From Kofleriaceae bacterium (lineage in GTDB: Bacteria; Myxococcota_A; Polyangia; Haliangiales; Haliangiaceae): 64,000 bases of DNA. The stretch spans positions 64,001 to 128,000 of the forward strand of contig CBDCCZ010000012.1 in the NCBI GenBank assembly GCA_965215005.1, in the 5' to 3' direction. The position numbers and the translations under genes are program-made. Below, piece after piece: positions 51,610 to 64,000 of the stretch. The notes beneath the pieces are model-generated. The model saw nothing but the letters and a program-made list of their open reading frames with translations. It had not been told where the DNA came from and did no database searches. Numbering within the stretch: the stretch's first letter is position 1; every line of letters starts with the position of its first letter.

Positions 51610-52422
51610 TCACGGCTTGCGCGCGCGAAAGATAAACGAGCTGCCGAGGCGGATGTCTTCGTAATCGGCAAAGCCGAGCCGCGAGAGCCATGCTCGCAGC
51701 TCGGGTGGCTCGAATCGACGAATACCCGCCAACCGCGCCGCCAGTCGTCCCGCAAGCGAGCGCGACTGCGCAAACGTGCTGCCAACGTACAACCCGCCCG
51801 GACGAAGCACGCGCCATACTTCGCGGAAGACCTGCTCGGGATCGTCATACGCGTGCAGCGCGCCGCTATTGTTGACGCCCCCAACGCTCTCATCGCGCAG
51901 TGGCAGGTCGTGGGCGTCGGCGCGAAGGAACGCGACGTTGGCGTAGCCGCCAGCGCGACGCGCGGCGACCTCGAGCATCGCCCGCGAGATGTCGACACCA
52001 ACGACCAGTTGCCCCGGGGTAGCAGCGCCCATCGCACGCGCAAACAAACCCGGACCGCACGACAGATCGACCCACGGCCCGGCGCGATCGTCCATGCCCA
52101 AGCTGTTTTTGTGGATGAAGAACTCGCCGGCAAAGCCGCCGGTCGAGCCGGCCGCGCCGCTGCCGGCCATCAATCGCACGAAGCTCGGGCGCCATAGTCG
52201 CTCATAGGCGCGCGCCACCAGCTCGCTCTCCATCAAGCGCTGCTCGGCTGTGGCGGCCGTGGGCTCGCCATGGCTCACGTCGAGCAGATCGGCGACGCCC
52301 TCGGAAACTTCGTACGCCGCGCCGCACGAGGTGCACGCTAGCTGCCCGCGCCGCGCCGCGAAGCTCGGCTGCGAGCAGGTTGGGCATTTGAGCAGGCCGA
52401 TGAAGGCGGGATCCACGCGCAA
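51610..52422 (-). CDS. Class I SAM-dependent methyltransferase with N-terminal Trm112-like Zn ribbon
   Basis: CPTC...[36 protein letters not shown]. Confidence 0.88.
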   Translation of the reverse strand: MRVDPAFIGLLKCPTCSQPSFAARRGQLACTSCGAAYEVSEGVADLLDVSHGEPTAATAEQRLMESELVARAYERLWRPSFVRLMAGSGAAGSTGGFAGEFFIHKNSLGMDDRAGPWVDLSCGPGLFARAMGAATPGQLVVGVDISRAMLEVAARRAGGYANVAFLRADAHDLPLRDESVGGVNNSGALHAYDDPEQVFREVWRVLRPGGLYVGSTFAQSRSLAGRLAARLAGIRRFEPPELRAWLSRLGFADYEDIRLGSSFIFRARKP

Positions 52423-52463
52423 CTCCTTGGAGTTGCGACTGTAAAGGAAGTCGCCGCTGGGAG

Positions 52464-53993
52464 CTAGCGGCGCGGCGGCGCGCGGTCATCGACCTCGAAG
52501 AAGAGCCGAAGCACGGCGTCGCCGCGGGGCGGAAACAGCCGCACCCGGTAGTGGCCTGCATGGGCGAAGCGCGCCGTCATTCGATAGCGGCCGACGCCTT
52601 CGCTGCGCGCGGCCACCCCCCGCGAGGCTCCGCTCGGCTCTTCGACCGCTAAGATGAGCTCAGGCGCGCGCAGTGGAGCGCCGCTCGGCTCCCAAAGCTC
52701 GAACGTGAAGGTCTGCTCGTCGCCAGCATGCAGCTGCTCGGGCAGCGAAGCCTGCAGCGCGTAGCCTTGCTCGCTCAGCACGACCGTCCGGCGCGCGCCA
52801 AGCTCAGCGGTGGGCGGCGCGCTGGCAGAAGCCGCCGCTCCCTCGGACAGTCGTTGCCCAGCAGCGCCCACCGCAACCAGCAGCAGCATCGCGATGGCCA
52901 GGGCAGCGAGCCAGCGCAAGCCGCCGCCAGCCTCACGGGACGGCGCGCTGGTTTCGAAAGCGAGCGCAGCAGAGCTGCTCGGCGTGCGCGCTGCGACGCC
53001 GGGCGCGTCATGAAGACGATTGCCGTGGACCCGGCTTGGCAAGGCGCGAGCTTGCGCGAGAGCGGCGGCCAGGTCGGCGGCGCTGGCGAAGCGATCAGCA
53101 GCGGATTTGGCCAAGCAGCGCAGAATGAGGTGCTCGAGGGGCTCGGGCAGCGGCCGCAGGCTGCTCGGAGCCGGCGGAGCTTGATGCAGGTGGGCGAGCA
53201 TCACGGCCACGCCCGGCCCATCGAAGGGCACGCACCCCGTCACCATCCGGTAAAGGACCACGCCAAGACTATAGAGGTCGGCCGCAGGACCAACGGTCTC
53301 GCCGCGCGCTTGCTCGGGTGCCACGTAGTGCGGCGTTCCGAGCACCGCGCCAGCGGCGGTTAGTGCCCCTTCCACCAGGGTGCGCGCGCCATCGGCGAGG
53401 CGTGCGACGCCAAAGTCGAGGACTTTGACCCGCAGCACGCCCCCCGGCTCCGTTACGAGCATGATGTTGGCGGGTTTGAGATCGCGATGAACGACACCGG
53501 CCGCGTGCGCGTGCGCGAGTGCCTCGGCAACCTGCTCGGCGATGGCACATGCGGTCTCGACCGGTAGCGGGCCGCTCGCCAGCGCCGCCTCGAGCGTTTG
53601 ACCGGCGGCAAGCTCCATGACCAGGCACGGCGCCCCGTCGCTGGTCGCGCCCACCGCGTGCAGCGCGACGACACTGGGATGTGCCAGCCTCGCAACCGCG
53701 CGCGCTTCGCGATCGAAACGGCGCCGCATCGCCACGTCGCTCAGCAGCGACGAATGCAGGATCTTGACCGCAACCGGGCGCTGCAGCGATCGCTGCCAGC
53801 CGCGATAGACGGTGCCGCCTTGGCCACGGCCGAGTGGCTCACCGAGCTCGAGGTCGTTCCAGAGCAGTGAGCCGACGCGCGGATCGACGACAAGCAATGC
53901 AGTGCCATCGGCGGAGCAGAACCGGGTGGCGTCGCCGAAGCGACGCATGCATGTTGGACAAGAGCGCATGAGGGCCATGGGCGGGGCGCCCAT
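52464..53993 (-). CDS. Membrane Ser/Thr protein kinase with external Ig-like (YtkA-like) domain
   Basis: [43 protein letters not shown]; start uncertain. Confidence 0.88.
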   Translation of the reverse strand: MGAPPMALMRSCPTCMRRFGDATRFCSADGTALLVVDPRVGSLLWNDLELGEPLGRGQGGTVYRGWQRSLQRPVAVKILHSSLLSDVAMRRRFDREARAVARLAHPSVVALHAVGATSDGAPCLVMELAAGQTLEAALASGPLPVETACAIAEQVAEALAHAHAAGVVHRDLKPANIMLVTEPGGVLRVKVLDFGVARLADGARTLVEGALTAAGAVLGTPHYVAPEQARGETVGPAADLYSLGVVLYRMVTGCVPFDGPGVAVMLAHLHQAPPAPSSLRPLPEPLEHLILRCLAKSAADRFASAADLAAALAQARALPSRVHGNRLHDAPGVAARTPSSSAALAFETSAPSREAGGGLRWLAALAIAMLLLVAVGAAGQRLSEGAAASASAPPTAELGARRTVVLSEQGYALQASLPEQLHAGDEQTFTFELWEPSGAPLRAPELILAVEEPSGASRGVAARSEGVGRYRMTARFAHAGHYRVRLFPPRGDAVLRLFFEVDDRAPPRR

Positions 53994-54119
53994 AGATTCT
54001 GACGCACGAGTGCCATCAAAGTTCAAAGGAAGTGCACCGGCAACAGGCGCAAAGCAGCTCTCGCGGCAGCAGCGTCGCCGCCGCGACAAGCTCGCGTATT
54101 CCGAGCGAGCAATGGCGCG

Positions 54120-55499
54120 CTAGAAGTGGCCGCCCAGGACATCGACGGCGTAGCCGCGAGTGCGCGCATCGAGCGCCGGCAACGCCGCCGGCCGCACGTT
54201 GGGCAGGCCCACCATCCACGCGCCGTCCGAGCTGCGATGCAAGAGACCCATCGGAGCCTCGCCGGCTTGCGGTTGACCAGCATCCATGTCGCTGGTGTAG
54301 CGCCACGCCAGGTACGCACCGCCGAACAAGCTCGCAGCCGATACCAACCCCACGGTGCGCTCGTCGCTATCGGTGGAGTAATCGGCGATCACCGGATACA
54401 GCAAGATCCACGGCGCCGCCGCCCCTGCCAGCGCACCTAGATCGATGCGCAGCATCCGCTGGCGTGAGATGTCGAGCTTGGTGCTGGCCCAGAGGCCAAT
54501 GCTCAAACCACCCACAGCGCCGAACACAGCGTTGAGCGAGTAGGCCTCGCCGGTGGCGGGGTCCATCGCGACGCTGAGCAGCAATGCTCCCAAGCCGCCA
54601 TACATGCCCAGCGAGTTGGTCAAAGCGAGGTCATTTCGCGACGGCCGAGCCGCCAGCGCGTAGTAGGCACCAGCGCCCGTGCCGACGAGCGAACCGATGC
54701 CAATGCCGCGATAGACGTCGTTGACCGAGGTGGTGTCGATGCCGGTGACGAGATCGGCAAAGAAGCCCCCCAAGACGCCGCCCCAGACGCCACCTGAGCC
54801 AACGGCCCAGGCTTGCCCCACCGTCATCGGCCGCTCGCGGCTGAGGTAATACGCAGCGCCTGCGCCTGCGCCTGCGCCGATCAATCCGCTGAGCACCGCC
54901 CCGCCCCGCACGTTATCCTCGTCATCGTAGGGCCCGACCATCGCCAGCCCCGCGGTAAACCCGAGCAGGCCGCCGTAAAGCATCAGACCGCGCTGCGCGC
55001 GCCAAGCCTCATCGGCCGAGAGCCCCGCGGCCGCGAGGGGCGCTGGCTCTGGCTGGATTTCTGGCTCTGCCGCAGGGTAGGCGTCAAGCGGCTCCTCCGG
55101 CGGCGATTGCCCGTACGGGTCTAAGAGACCGTCGTCGGTCGCTCCCGGCTGCGGAAGGCCCGCATCGAGATCCTCGAGGCCGAGCCGCTCATTGGCGGTT
55201 TGCAGCATGAGCTTGGCGTCGGCGGAGACGGGGCCACTAAAACTGCGCTCGAGCGACTCGATGAACAGCATCTTAGCGTTGGCGTAGTCGCCGCTGCTCA
55301 AAAGGACGCGCCCGCGCTCGTAAAGGGCTTTGGCCACGGCTTCATCGAGTGCGACGTCGGTAATCGCTGCGGGGCTCGCCTCTGCGTCGGCCTCTGGGTT
55401 GGCCTCTGCGGGCTGCGCCGGCTGCGCACGCGCTTCGAGGGGCGCCAACACGAGCGCCGACACGACAAGCGATGCAAAGAGTAGGCGAGGCGAAGTCAT
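54120..55499 (-). CDS. Hypothetical protein: signal peptide, TPR-like hairpin, multiple Gly-rich hydrophobic helices
   Basis: ALYERGRVLLSSGDYANA; repeated GxxxG-rich hydrophobic segments. Confidence 0.65.
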   Translation of the reverse strand: MTSPRLLFASLVVSALVLAPLEARAQPAQPAEANPEADAEASPAAITDVALDEAVAKALYERGRVLLSSGDYANAKMLFIESLERSFSGPVSADAKLMLQTANERLGLEDLDAGLPQPGATDDGLLDPYGQSPPEEPLDAYPAAEPEIQPEPAPLAAAGLSADEAWRAQRGLMLYGGLLGFTAGLAMVGPYDDEDNVRGGAVLSGLIGAGAGAGAAYYLSRERPMTVGQAWAVGSGGVWGGVLGGFFADLVTGIDTTSVNDVYRGIGIGSLVGTGAGAYYALAARPSRNDLALTNSLGMYGGLGALLLSVAMDPATGEAYSLNAVFGAVGGLSIGLWASTKLDISRQRMLRIDLGALAGAAAPWILLYPVIADYSTDSDERTVGLVSAASLFGGAYLAWRYTSDMDAGQPQAGEAPMGLLHRSSDGAWMVGLPNVRPAALPALDARTRGYAVDVLGGHF

Positions 55500-55616
55500 G
55501 ATGGCGGGCCGGACACGGTCCTCGATGAGATAGCACTCGCCGCAAGCCGCATCAATCGCCACCGCGGCATTGGCGAAGCATGGCGACCGACATCACGTGC
55601 TGCCGATGCCTGCGGC

Positions 55617-57047
55617 TCACCCCAAAGGCAGCCCACGAGGCGGTACCGGCCCTTCCGGCGTCGCCGGCTCACGGCGCCTAGGTCCCGAGAGTGCGGCATC
55701 GCGCATCCATGCTTTGTGGCGAACGTAGAGGAACAACACCTGGATCATCGACAACACCGGGACCGCCAGGAGCGCGCCAACGAGACCATACGTGTGTTCC
55801 CCGACGATGAGCGCGAAGATGACCAACACCGGATGAATCTTGGCCGAGGAGCCGATGATCTTGGGATTAAGGAAGTTGCCTTCGATGAAGTGGATGCCGA
55901 CCACCCAGGCCAAGGCGAAGAACGCGCGGGTGACGTTGATGCCCTCATCGCCGCTCACCAGCGCAGCGAAGACGATGGGAATCGTCGACAAAATAGAGCC
56001 AAAGATGGGGATGAGGCTCATGACGGCAGCAACCACCGCCAAAATGAGCGCGTATTTGACCTGAAAGATCATCAGGCCGACGTAGGTGAGCACGCCGTTG
56101 ACGAGACAGATGACGAGCTGCCCTCGAATCACGCCCGAGAGGCCGCGATTCATGCCGGCGGTGATCTTGTCATAGTCGTCGCGATAGACCGCCGGTACCA
56201 ATCCGCGGACGAAGCCGTGAATCTTCTCGAGGTCGATGAGGATGAAGGCGCACACCATGAGCACCAAGAAGAACGTGAACACGCTGGCTACTAGGCCGGC
56301 AAGGATCGCTTGGCCGAAGCGAAAGAAGTCGCCGAGCTCAGCCTGGAGTCCCGAGAGCGCCTCCGCGACCCAGCCGCGGATGCGATCTTCGAGGGCATAA
56401 GGTTCATCGTCGGCTTCACGCGACTCCATCGTGAAACCGCCGCCCGCCAGCGGCGTAACGTCGATGCCGGCGGATTGCACCTGCACGGCGAAGCGCCCAT
56501 CGGGCAACGGCGTGAGAACGAAGGCGGTGCCGGGGGGCATTGGCACGTCGGCGATGAGCGGCTCGACAGCAATGGCCTCGGCGGGCTCGACCGCGGGGAA
56601 TCGCTGCTCCACCCACACCGCGGCCTGAGGCGCCCATTCCTCGTTCAGCTTTTGATACAGGCCTGGCAGCTCGCGGCCGATGCGGGCGGCGTCTTTAGAG
56701 AGCCGCGGCAATAGCAGCCCCAAGAACGAAGCGATGAAGGCGATGAGGACCAGATAGCAGAGCAGAATCGCCAGCCCGCGCGGCATCCGACGGCCCCCGT
56801 CTTTGCGCTCGCTCATCCACTGCACCACGGGCGCTAGGATGTAGGCCAAGAGCAGCGCGAACACGAACGGCAAGATGACGTGCCGCGCCAGAACGATGAC
56901 CAAGATGGCGAAGCCAAAAAACCCCCACAAGCGCGCGCTGCGTCGCGCCCACCCACCGGGGCTAAAGGCGGTCACCGCCGGACGACGGCGCGGCCGCTCG
57001 TCGACTGGAGCAGCGGGCTCGGCGGGGTTTTGCGGATCGGTCGACAT
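55617..57047 (-). CDS. AI-2E family transporter
   Basis: PFVFALLLAYILAPVV, IRGQL, SLIPIFG, EGNFLNPKIIG...IHP, GALLAVP. Confidence 0.92.
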   Translation of the reverse strand: MSTDPQNPAEPAAPVDERPRRRPAVTAFSPGGWARRSARLWGFFGFAILVIVLARHVILPFVFALLLAYILAPVVQWMSERKDGGRRMPRGLAILLCYLVLIAFIASFLGLLLPRLSKDAARIGRELPGLYQKLNEEWAPQAAVWVEQRFPAVEPAEAIAVEPLIADVPMPPGTAFVLTPLPDGRFAVQVQSAGIDVTPLAGGGFTMESREADDEPYALEDRIRGWVAEALSGLQAELGDFFRFGQAILAGLVASVFTFFLVLMVCAFILIDLEKIHGFVRGLVPAVYRDDYDKITAGMNRGLSGVIRGQLVICLVNGVLTYVGLMIFQVKYALILAVVAAVMSLIPIFGSILSTIPIVFAALVSGDEGINVTRAFFALAWVVGIHFIEGNFLNPKIIGSSAKIHPVLVIFALIVGEHTYGLVGALLAVPVLSMIQVLFLYVRHKAWMRDAALSGPRRREPATPEGPVPPRGLPLG

Positions 57048-58522
57048 CAGTCCCTGGGCGGCTTGAACGGGTCAGCCGATTTGCCGCCGCGCATCGTAGC
57101 CCAGGCGCCAGAGAACCAACTACCAGCTCTGCCAACGACTGACGAGGGGCGCGCGATGGCGTCGAGCTCGTCGCCGGTCAAGCTGGCATCGCGCGGCTCG
57201 GACACACCGCCATCGCCCAGGAGCAGCAGCGAAGGGGCGCGCGGTAGCTCCCGGGGCGATGGCGGCGGCACTGGCGTGGCGCGGCCGCCGTCGAGCTGCA
57301 CCGTGGCCCATCGGCGACAGCGCGCGCAGCGCCAAAACAGCGACTCGGCGCGATGCCCGCAGTGCGTGCACGCCCACGCACCGTCGAGCGCCCAATCGAG
57401 GGCACCATCGTCGGCGGTGAGCGCTTCGAGCTCCCGGCGCACCCACGCAGCGTCATTACTGGCCAACGCCAGACGCGCCGACGCCAGGCGGGCGGGCAGA
57501 AGCTCGGGAAACGCAGTCGAGGCGCGCGCGAACATCTCGAGAGCGCGCGGCTGATCGCACACCGCGAGCACCTCGGCCTGGGCGAGAAGTAGATGACCCT
57601 CCGGGCCAGCACCATCGAGCACCGCATCGAGAACGGCAGCGGTCTGCTCGGCCGCGCGACGTTGCTTTTCCACCTCGAGACGCTCGGGCGCGACCTCGCG
57701 AGCATCGGCTGGAAATTTGGCCTCGACCAGCTGGCGTTGCGCCAACACCAGCCCCGGCACGAGGAAGCGAGCCAGTCCTGGAGCCGCGAGCAAGGCGTCG
57801 CGAAGGTAGCCAATGGCATCTTCGGGGCGTCCTCTCGCTGCAGCCAGCTCGGCGGCAACCGCGAGATGATGGGGCGTGCTGCCGCCTTGCTTCTCGGCAT
57901 CCTTGAGGAGCCGCCTGGCGGAGTCGGGATCACCAGTGGCTAGCGCATGCTGCGCCGCTGCGACCAGCAAATGATGCTCGCGCCGATGCGAGGGCGGGCC
58001 CTCGATCTTGCGAAGGCGTCGCCAGGCGGCGGCAGCTTCCAGATAGCGGGCCTGCTGCTCGTAGAGCCCGCACAACGCGCGAATCGCGCCCTCGTGCTTG
58101 GGCTCTTCTGTCAGGCACTCCTCCATGGCTCGAGTCGCGCGTCGCGGCATGCCGGCGGTCCGAAAATCGAGCCCTAGCTCATAGCGAGCGCGGAGCCGCA
58201 ACCTTCGCGAGCCACTCTCACGCAGCGCCAGCGCTTGGTGCACACGAATCGCACGCTCCCACTCGCCGCGGGCACGGAACAGCGCCCCGAGCGCGAAATA
58301 CGGCTCGACCTCGTCGACATTCTCGGAGACCACGCGGGTGAGCTCCGTGACCGCCTGCTCATCGTCCCGAGCGAGCACGTGGTTGAGCGCGCGCATGTAC
58401 GAACGCGCATGCCGAGCTGTGCGCCGCAGCATGCGATCGTCGGGGACGTAATACCGACCGACCAGGATGCCGATGGCCAGCGCGCCGAAGCCGATGGCGA
58501 GAAGCACGACGGCGGCGCCCAT
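57047..58522 (-). CDS. lapB: LPS assembly protein B (LapB/YciM)-like TPR protein with rubredoxin motif
   Basis: N-terminal TM, ALGALFRARGEWERAIRVHQ, CTHC...WRCARC; downstream of a lapA-like gene. Confidence 0.8.
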   Translation of the reverse strand: MGAAVVLLAIGFGALAIGILVGRYYVPDDRMLRRTARHARSYMRALNHVLARDDEQAVTELTRVVSENVDEVEPYFALGALFRARGEWERAIRVHQALALRESGSRRLRLRARYELGLDFRTAGMPRRATRAMEECLTEEPKHEGAIRALCGLYEQQARYLEAAAAWRRLRKIEGPPSHRREHHLLVAAAQHALATGDPDSARRLLKDAEKQGGSTPHHLAVAAELAAARGRPEDAIGYLRDALLAAPGLARFLVPGLVLAQRQLVEAKFPADAREVAPERLEVEKQRRAAEQTAAVLDAVLDGAGPEGHLLLAQAEVLAVCDQPRALEMFARASTAFPELLPARLASARLALASNDAAWVRRELEALTADDGALDWALDGAWACTHCGHRAESLFWRCARCRRWATVQLDGGRATPVPPPSPRELPRAPSLLLLGDGGVSEPRDASLTGDELDAIARPSSVVGRAGSWFSGAWATMRGGKSADPFKPPRD

Positions 58523-58777
58523 CACCGTCCCCCTTCGACTAGAAACACTACAACCGATGGCGCAGGCGCCCATGGCAGCCCGTGAGCAGGGCAAGTCTGC
58601 CCTTGCCCCGCATCCAGGCGGAGGCCTGCATCATCGACTCCGCGACGGCGTGCCGAGCGCCCGGATCGGGACGTCACGCAGCGGCAGCTCGAGCCCGCGG
58701 GCTGAACGAGGCGACCCGGGGGCAGCGGTAGGTCGCCGGTGAGATAGAGTCTCGATCGCATGGCTCGATCCGTGCGG

Positions 58778-59191
58778 CTACGCCGCATCCTCGTCATCGA
58801 CGGCCGCGGCCAACGCCCGTGCCAGCGTCGGATCTGGCGACTCCGGCAGGTCTTCAAGCGGCGCTGGCTCGGTAAACGGCAAGTTTCGCAGCTGCGCAAG
58901 CTCCCGCTCGAGTCGGTGGATCAAACTCTCATACTGCCGACGGCGCCACACGTAGAACATGCTCCAGATGATCAGCAGGCCCGTGAGCAGGATCGACGCC
59001 AGCCAGCCGCCGATGAGCGCTGGCAGCCACATGTCAGCTTGACGATTGCCGAAGATCCCTTCGAGCCACGGCGGCACGTCAACACGCACCCAGCCGCTGT
59101 TTGCGACCAGGAACAAGCCAAGGCCGAGGCCAACGGCAATCATCGACAAGATGACGGTACCGATGGCAAGGATGCGCAACCAGCGAATCAA
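58778..59191 (-). CDS. lapA: LapA (DUF1049)-like small membrane protein
   Basis: Two TMs, FLVAN, coiled LERELAQLRNLP; located between rpsA and lapB. Confidence 0.65.
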   Translation of the reverse strand: MIRWLRILAIGTVILSMIAVGLGLGLFLVANSGWVRVDVPPWLEGIFGNRQADMWLPALIGGWLASILLTGLLIIWSMFYVWRRRQYESLIHRLERELAQLRNLPFTEPAPLEDLPESPDPTLARALAAAVDDEDAA

Positions 59192-59384
59192 TGAAGGTCC
59201 CCTGCGCCGAGCTTACTACGCACGACTCCTGCCGCGCCTTGCATCGACCTCGTTTCGCTCGCGACGAGATGCCCCGCGGCAATCGGAGGAGAACCGCTCC
59301 TCGGCGTGCAAGTCAGCAAGAGCACCGCACCAGCGCAATTCCTACTGCACCCGGCGGAGACGTTTCCAGGCGCCGAAACGCACA

Positions 59385-59437
59385 GCGGCGACCCGAAGGC
59401 CGCCGCCATGGTTGGTTTGCCGCCCGAAGGGGAGGCA
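59385..59437 (-). terminator. UUCG-capped hairpins after rpsA (possible terminator or processing site)
   Basis: gcggcggcc-TTCG-ggtcgccgc plus a second weaker cTTCGg hairpin on the minus strand; no strong U-tract. Confidence 0.4.
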
Positions 59438-59446
59438 TCCTCTGCA

Positions 59447-61207
<1,761 letters not shown>

Positions 61208-61340
61208 TGGTAAATGTCTCTCCTAGAACGTATTTACGCCGCTAGAGGGACCATTGCCCACAGGCGCGCGCAGGGGGGAACTGATACGCCCGGAGGCTGA
61301 GTTTGTCAACCGATTCCAACCCATGGAGGTCGGTATCCGA

Positions 61341-62045
61341 CTATTCCTGCTCCGGGTGCTGGGTAACCGACTCGCGCCGGCGGACCTCGCGCAGCATGAA
61401 CTCGATGACCGCATCGGCCGCCATCTGCGACGTGTCCACCAAGATCGCATCGTGCGCGGCGACCAACGGGGCCACCGCTCGCGAGGTGTCGCGCTCATCT
61501 CGCGCGCGCAGCTCCGCCAGCGTGGCGTCGTACTCCACCGCCGCGCCCTTACTGCGCAGCTCCTCGAAGCGTCGCCGGGCGCGCACCTCGTCGCTCGCGG
61601 TCACGAAGAACTTGGCGTGAGCCGCCGGAAACACCACCGTGCCTACATCGCGTCCCTCAGCGACGATGCCGCCACCGGCCGCCAAACGGCGCTGCAGCTC
61701 GAGCAACGCCTGCCGCACCGCCGGATGACCTGACACCTGCGAGCTGGCCTCAGAGATCGCGGGGGTGCGAATCGCTTCGGTGACGTCCTCGCCGGCGACG
61801 AAGACATGATTGAGCTCGCCGCGAAAGTCGAAGCGAACCTCGAGGGCGCGTGCGAGCTCCGCCAGGCCCTCCTCATCGGTCCAGGAGATCCCGGCCTGCT
61901 TGGCCGTAAGCGCGATCGATCGATAAATGGCGCCGGTGTCGAGCAGCCGGTACCCCAGGGCGCGGGCCAGTCGCTTGGCGACCGTGGACTTACCAGCCCC
62001 GGCAGGACCGTCGATGGCGACGATGAGCTTGCGCGGGTGGGACAT
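61341..62045 (-). CDS. cmk: Cytidylate kinase
   Basis: AIDGPAGAGKST, LDTGAIYR, EGRDVGTVVFP, RDERDTSRAVAPL. Confidence 0.97.
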   Translation of the reverse strand: MSHPRKLIVAIDGPAGAGKSTVAKRLARALGYRLLDTGAIYRSIALTAKQAGISWTDEEGLAELARALEVRFDFRGELNHVFVAGEDVTEAIRTPAISEASSQVSGHPAVRQALLELQRRLAAGGGIVAEGRDVGTVVFPAAHAKFFVTASDEVRARRRFEELRSKGAAVEYDATLAELRARDERDTSRAVAPLVAAHDAILVDTSQMAADAVIEFMLREVRRRESVTQHPEQE

Positions 62046-62141
62046 GGAAGTCGCGGACCTTACCCACTCGCGCCGCCGCGCGCAACGGCCGGCAAAGGTT
62101 GCCGCTTGCCACCGGCCCCGCCGCGGCCCATACCATCATTT

Positions 62142-62378
62142 ATGCATGACCGGCTGCGCAGTCTTCTCCTCATGTTGATCCTGATCGCGGGCGCTCTCGT
62201 GCTTTGGAGCGGCGCGGCCGCCGCTTGCCCCTACGCGCTGAAGGCTGTGCGCGTCGCAACGCCCGCCGTGCAAGCGTCAGCTGCCGACTCGACCCTCGGG
62301 TGGAGCGCGTGGGGCGCCCTCGCCGCGAGCACCTGGCTGTCGCTGTTTTGGGCCGCCTACCGCTGGGGCCGGCGCTAA
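62142..62378 (+). CDS. Small hypothetical membrane protein
   Basis: Signal-like N-terminus followed by ACPY, and a C-terminal TM ending in WGRR. Confidence 0.45.
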   Translation: MHDRLRSLLLMLILIAGALVLWSGAAAACPYALKAVRVATPAVQASAADSTLGWSAWGALAASTWLSLFWAAYRWGRR

Positions 62379-62471
62379 CTCTAGCGCGCTGCTTCTCGGA
62401 CCCGATCCGAGGAAACCCCCGCGAGCTGCAGTCATGGCGCGGCGGACCATTCTTCGATAGTATTTTCGCTA

Positions 62472-63260
62472 GTGGTCGCGGGAGCTTGGCACAGCCCACA
62501 GCGATGGCGCGTGTTCGCCGAGGCGGTCGCCGCCGCGCTTGGCGTCAACGTTTGGGTGTCGCTGGTGGTGTTGCCAGCGCTGTTCGTTGGCGCTGACCGC
62601 TCAACGATTTTTTTGCTGCTGGCCGCCCTCCCCTTGGGCATCCTCGCAATCGGCTTGTGGAGAAGCTCAGAGCTGGCGCTGCTGCTCGGGTTCCCGTCTG
62701 CCCTCCTTCTACCCGTTGCTCTCGCTCCCGAGCTGGTGTCCGCGCACGTCTATGGCGCGGTCCGGTTCGCGGTCGTGGGGGTGGGGCTGGTCGCCTACCT
62801 GCTTGGCGTGTCGTTCTTCATGTCGTGGTACGAGCCACCCACACCTGAGCGAGTTCGACCGTTGGCGCCGCTCGAGCAGTCAACGCCAGACCGCTGGCGG
62901 CGGCGGTTTCGAGTGTACCGCTACCTCACCGTGCTGGCGGCGGCGATGCCGCTGGTCCTGCTCTACGCGGTCAACTACGACCAGGGCAACCGCGACGCGC
63001 TCCGAGCGATGTATCCCGGACGCGTGGCGGCCATGACCACGGTGCTCAACCTAGCGGTCATGGGCGTGTGGGTGCTGCTGTTTTCCCATGCCCTGCTCGG
63101 CGTCCTGCGCGCCCATCGCGCCGGTGACCGCGACCTCTTCCGAGTCTTGGCGCGGCGCGGTCGCGGCGTGCGCAGCACGCGACCCCGCGCGAGCTTCTAT
63201 ATAGGCGTTGCCGGCGCCGTTGGTCTCATGCTGCTGTTGATCGTTACGCGCTACCTGTGA
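62472..63260 (+). CDS. Hypothetical multi-pass membrane protein
   Basis: About seven hydrophobic segments. Confidence 0.7.
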   Translation: MVAGAWHSPQRWRVFAEAVAAALGVNVWVSLVVLPALFVGADRSTIFLLLAALPLGILAIGLWRSSELALLLGFPSALLLPVALAPELVSAHVYGAVRFAVVGVGLVAYLLGVSFFMSWYEPPTPERVRPLAPLEQSTPDRWRRRFRVYRYLTVLAAAMPLVLLYAVNYDQGNRDALRAMYPGRVAAMTTVLNLAVMGVWVLLFSHALLGVLRAHRAGDRDLFRVLARRGRGVRSTRPRASFYIGVAGAVGLMLLLIVTRYL

Positions 63261-63269
63261 AGGAGCTCC

Positions 63270-63458
63270 GTGCAGCGTTACTTCTTCGAAATCCTCGCGG
63301 TCGCGCTCATTGGCGGCAGCCTTGCCTTTTTCTGGCAATGCATCGGCTATCTGGCGCGCCGCGATTACGTCGCCGCAGTCATCCTGCTCTTCATCGGCGT
63401 CGCGGTGATTTCCGTAGGCAAAGAGATGGCGCGATTGGCGCTGGTGCAGAAGGACTAA
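63270..63458 (+). CDS. Small two-TM membrane protein
   Basis: AAGGAG RBS, GTG start, two hydrophobic helices. Confidence 0.65.
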   Translation: MQRYFFEILAVALIGGSLAFFWQCIGYLARRDYVAAVILLFIGVAVISVGKEMARLALVQKD

Positions 63459-63528
63459 CGTGGCTCACGGCATGCGTCATGACGCACGGGAAACGCAGCA
63501 CGCTCCCGACTCACGCGGTGTCGAAGCG

Positions 63529-64000
63529 ATGGCCCCACGCCGCGTTGGTCGCATCGTTTGGCTCGCTGCGCTGCTCACCGCTTGCGCGCAAGACCCCGTC
63601 ACCACGCCTACCGCGCAGGCGGTCGACCTTTCGGCTGCGAGCACGGCCGTGGTGGTGGCTAACGTCAATGGCGCGCCGATAGATGCCCACTGCGTCGCCA
63701 ACCAAATGCGCGCCCTAGGCGTGGCTCGGACGGCCGCTCTCGAGCAGTGCATCGACTTCGAGCTGCTGGCGCAAGCGGCAAATCAGCGCGGCTATGGAGC
63801 AGATCCCGAGGTCGTCGATGCGATGCGTACCGAAGCGGTCCGCCAGCTCCTGCAGCGCGATTTTGCCGCCACCCACGCGCGCCCGGAAGACCTCCCGCCG
63901 GGGCTGCTCGATGCCGCCTACGAGCAGAACAAGCGACGGTTTCAGCACCCCGAGTACCGCTTTGCCCACTACGTGCGTGCCGAGGTCGATGCCAGCGAGC
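63529..64000 (+). CDS. PpiC/PrsA/SurA-type foldase lipoprotein (3' truncated by the window)
   Basis: Hand translation: lipobox LTAC, VVANVNGAPI, LEQCIDFELLAQAA..RGY...PEV, YEQNKRRFQHPE; absent from the ORF track because it has no stop. Confidence 0.7.
   Translation, partial: MAPRRVGRIVWLAALLTACAQDPVTTPTAQAVDLSAASTAVVVANVNGAPIDAHCVANQMRALGVARTAALEQCIDFELLAQAANQRGYGADPEVVDAMRTEAVRQLLQRDFAATHARPEDLPPGLLDAAYEQNKRRFQHPEYRFAHYVRAEVDASE

Overview
GC-rich bacterial chromosome segment whose gene content points to Myxococcota (MXAN_5187-type protein, Tgl/PilF-like TPR lipoprotein, Hanks kinases, many Cys-rich lipoproteins); a Haliangium-like lineage is my unverified impression from the 16S. Left to right: the 3' part of an IS66 element with its right terminal repeat; a complete minus-strand rRNA operon (16S-tRNA-Ala-23S-5S); envelope and signalling genes; a frameshifted cNMP-binding/TrxB-like gene lying between a decayed IS66 fragment and a 24-bp duplication; a three-gene cluster of two HzsA-like c-type heme lipoproteins (one with three non-canonical CX4-6CH motifs) plus an exported CxxC HEAT protein; mutS, a SPOR protein and two beta-propeller lipoproteins; ppdK-glyS-glyQ-recO-HTH-TPR; lysophospholipase, a class II GATase-like protein with Thr in place of the catalytic Cys, an FG-GAP lipoprotein, TetR, FadL plus a ~1100-aa lipoprotein; a methyltransferase, a kinase, an AI-2E transporter, lapB-lapA-rpsA-cmk; and small membrane proteins plus a partial PpiC-type foldase. 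The best candidate for an undescribed system is the HzsA-like multiheme/HEAT cluster at 17535-23563. All family calls come from motifs recognised by eye; no searches were run.
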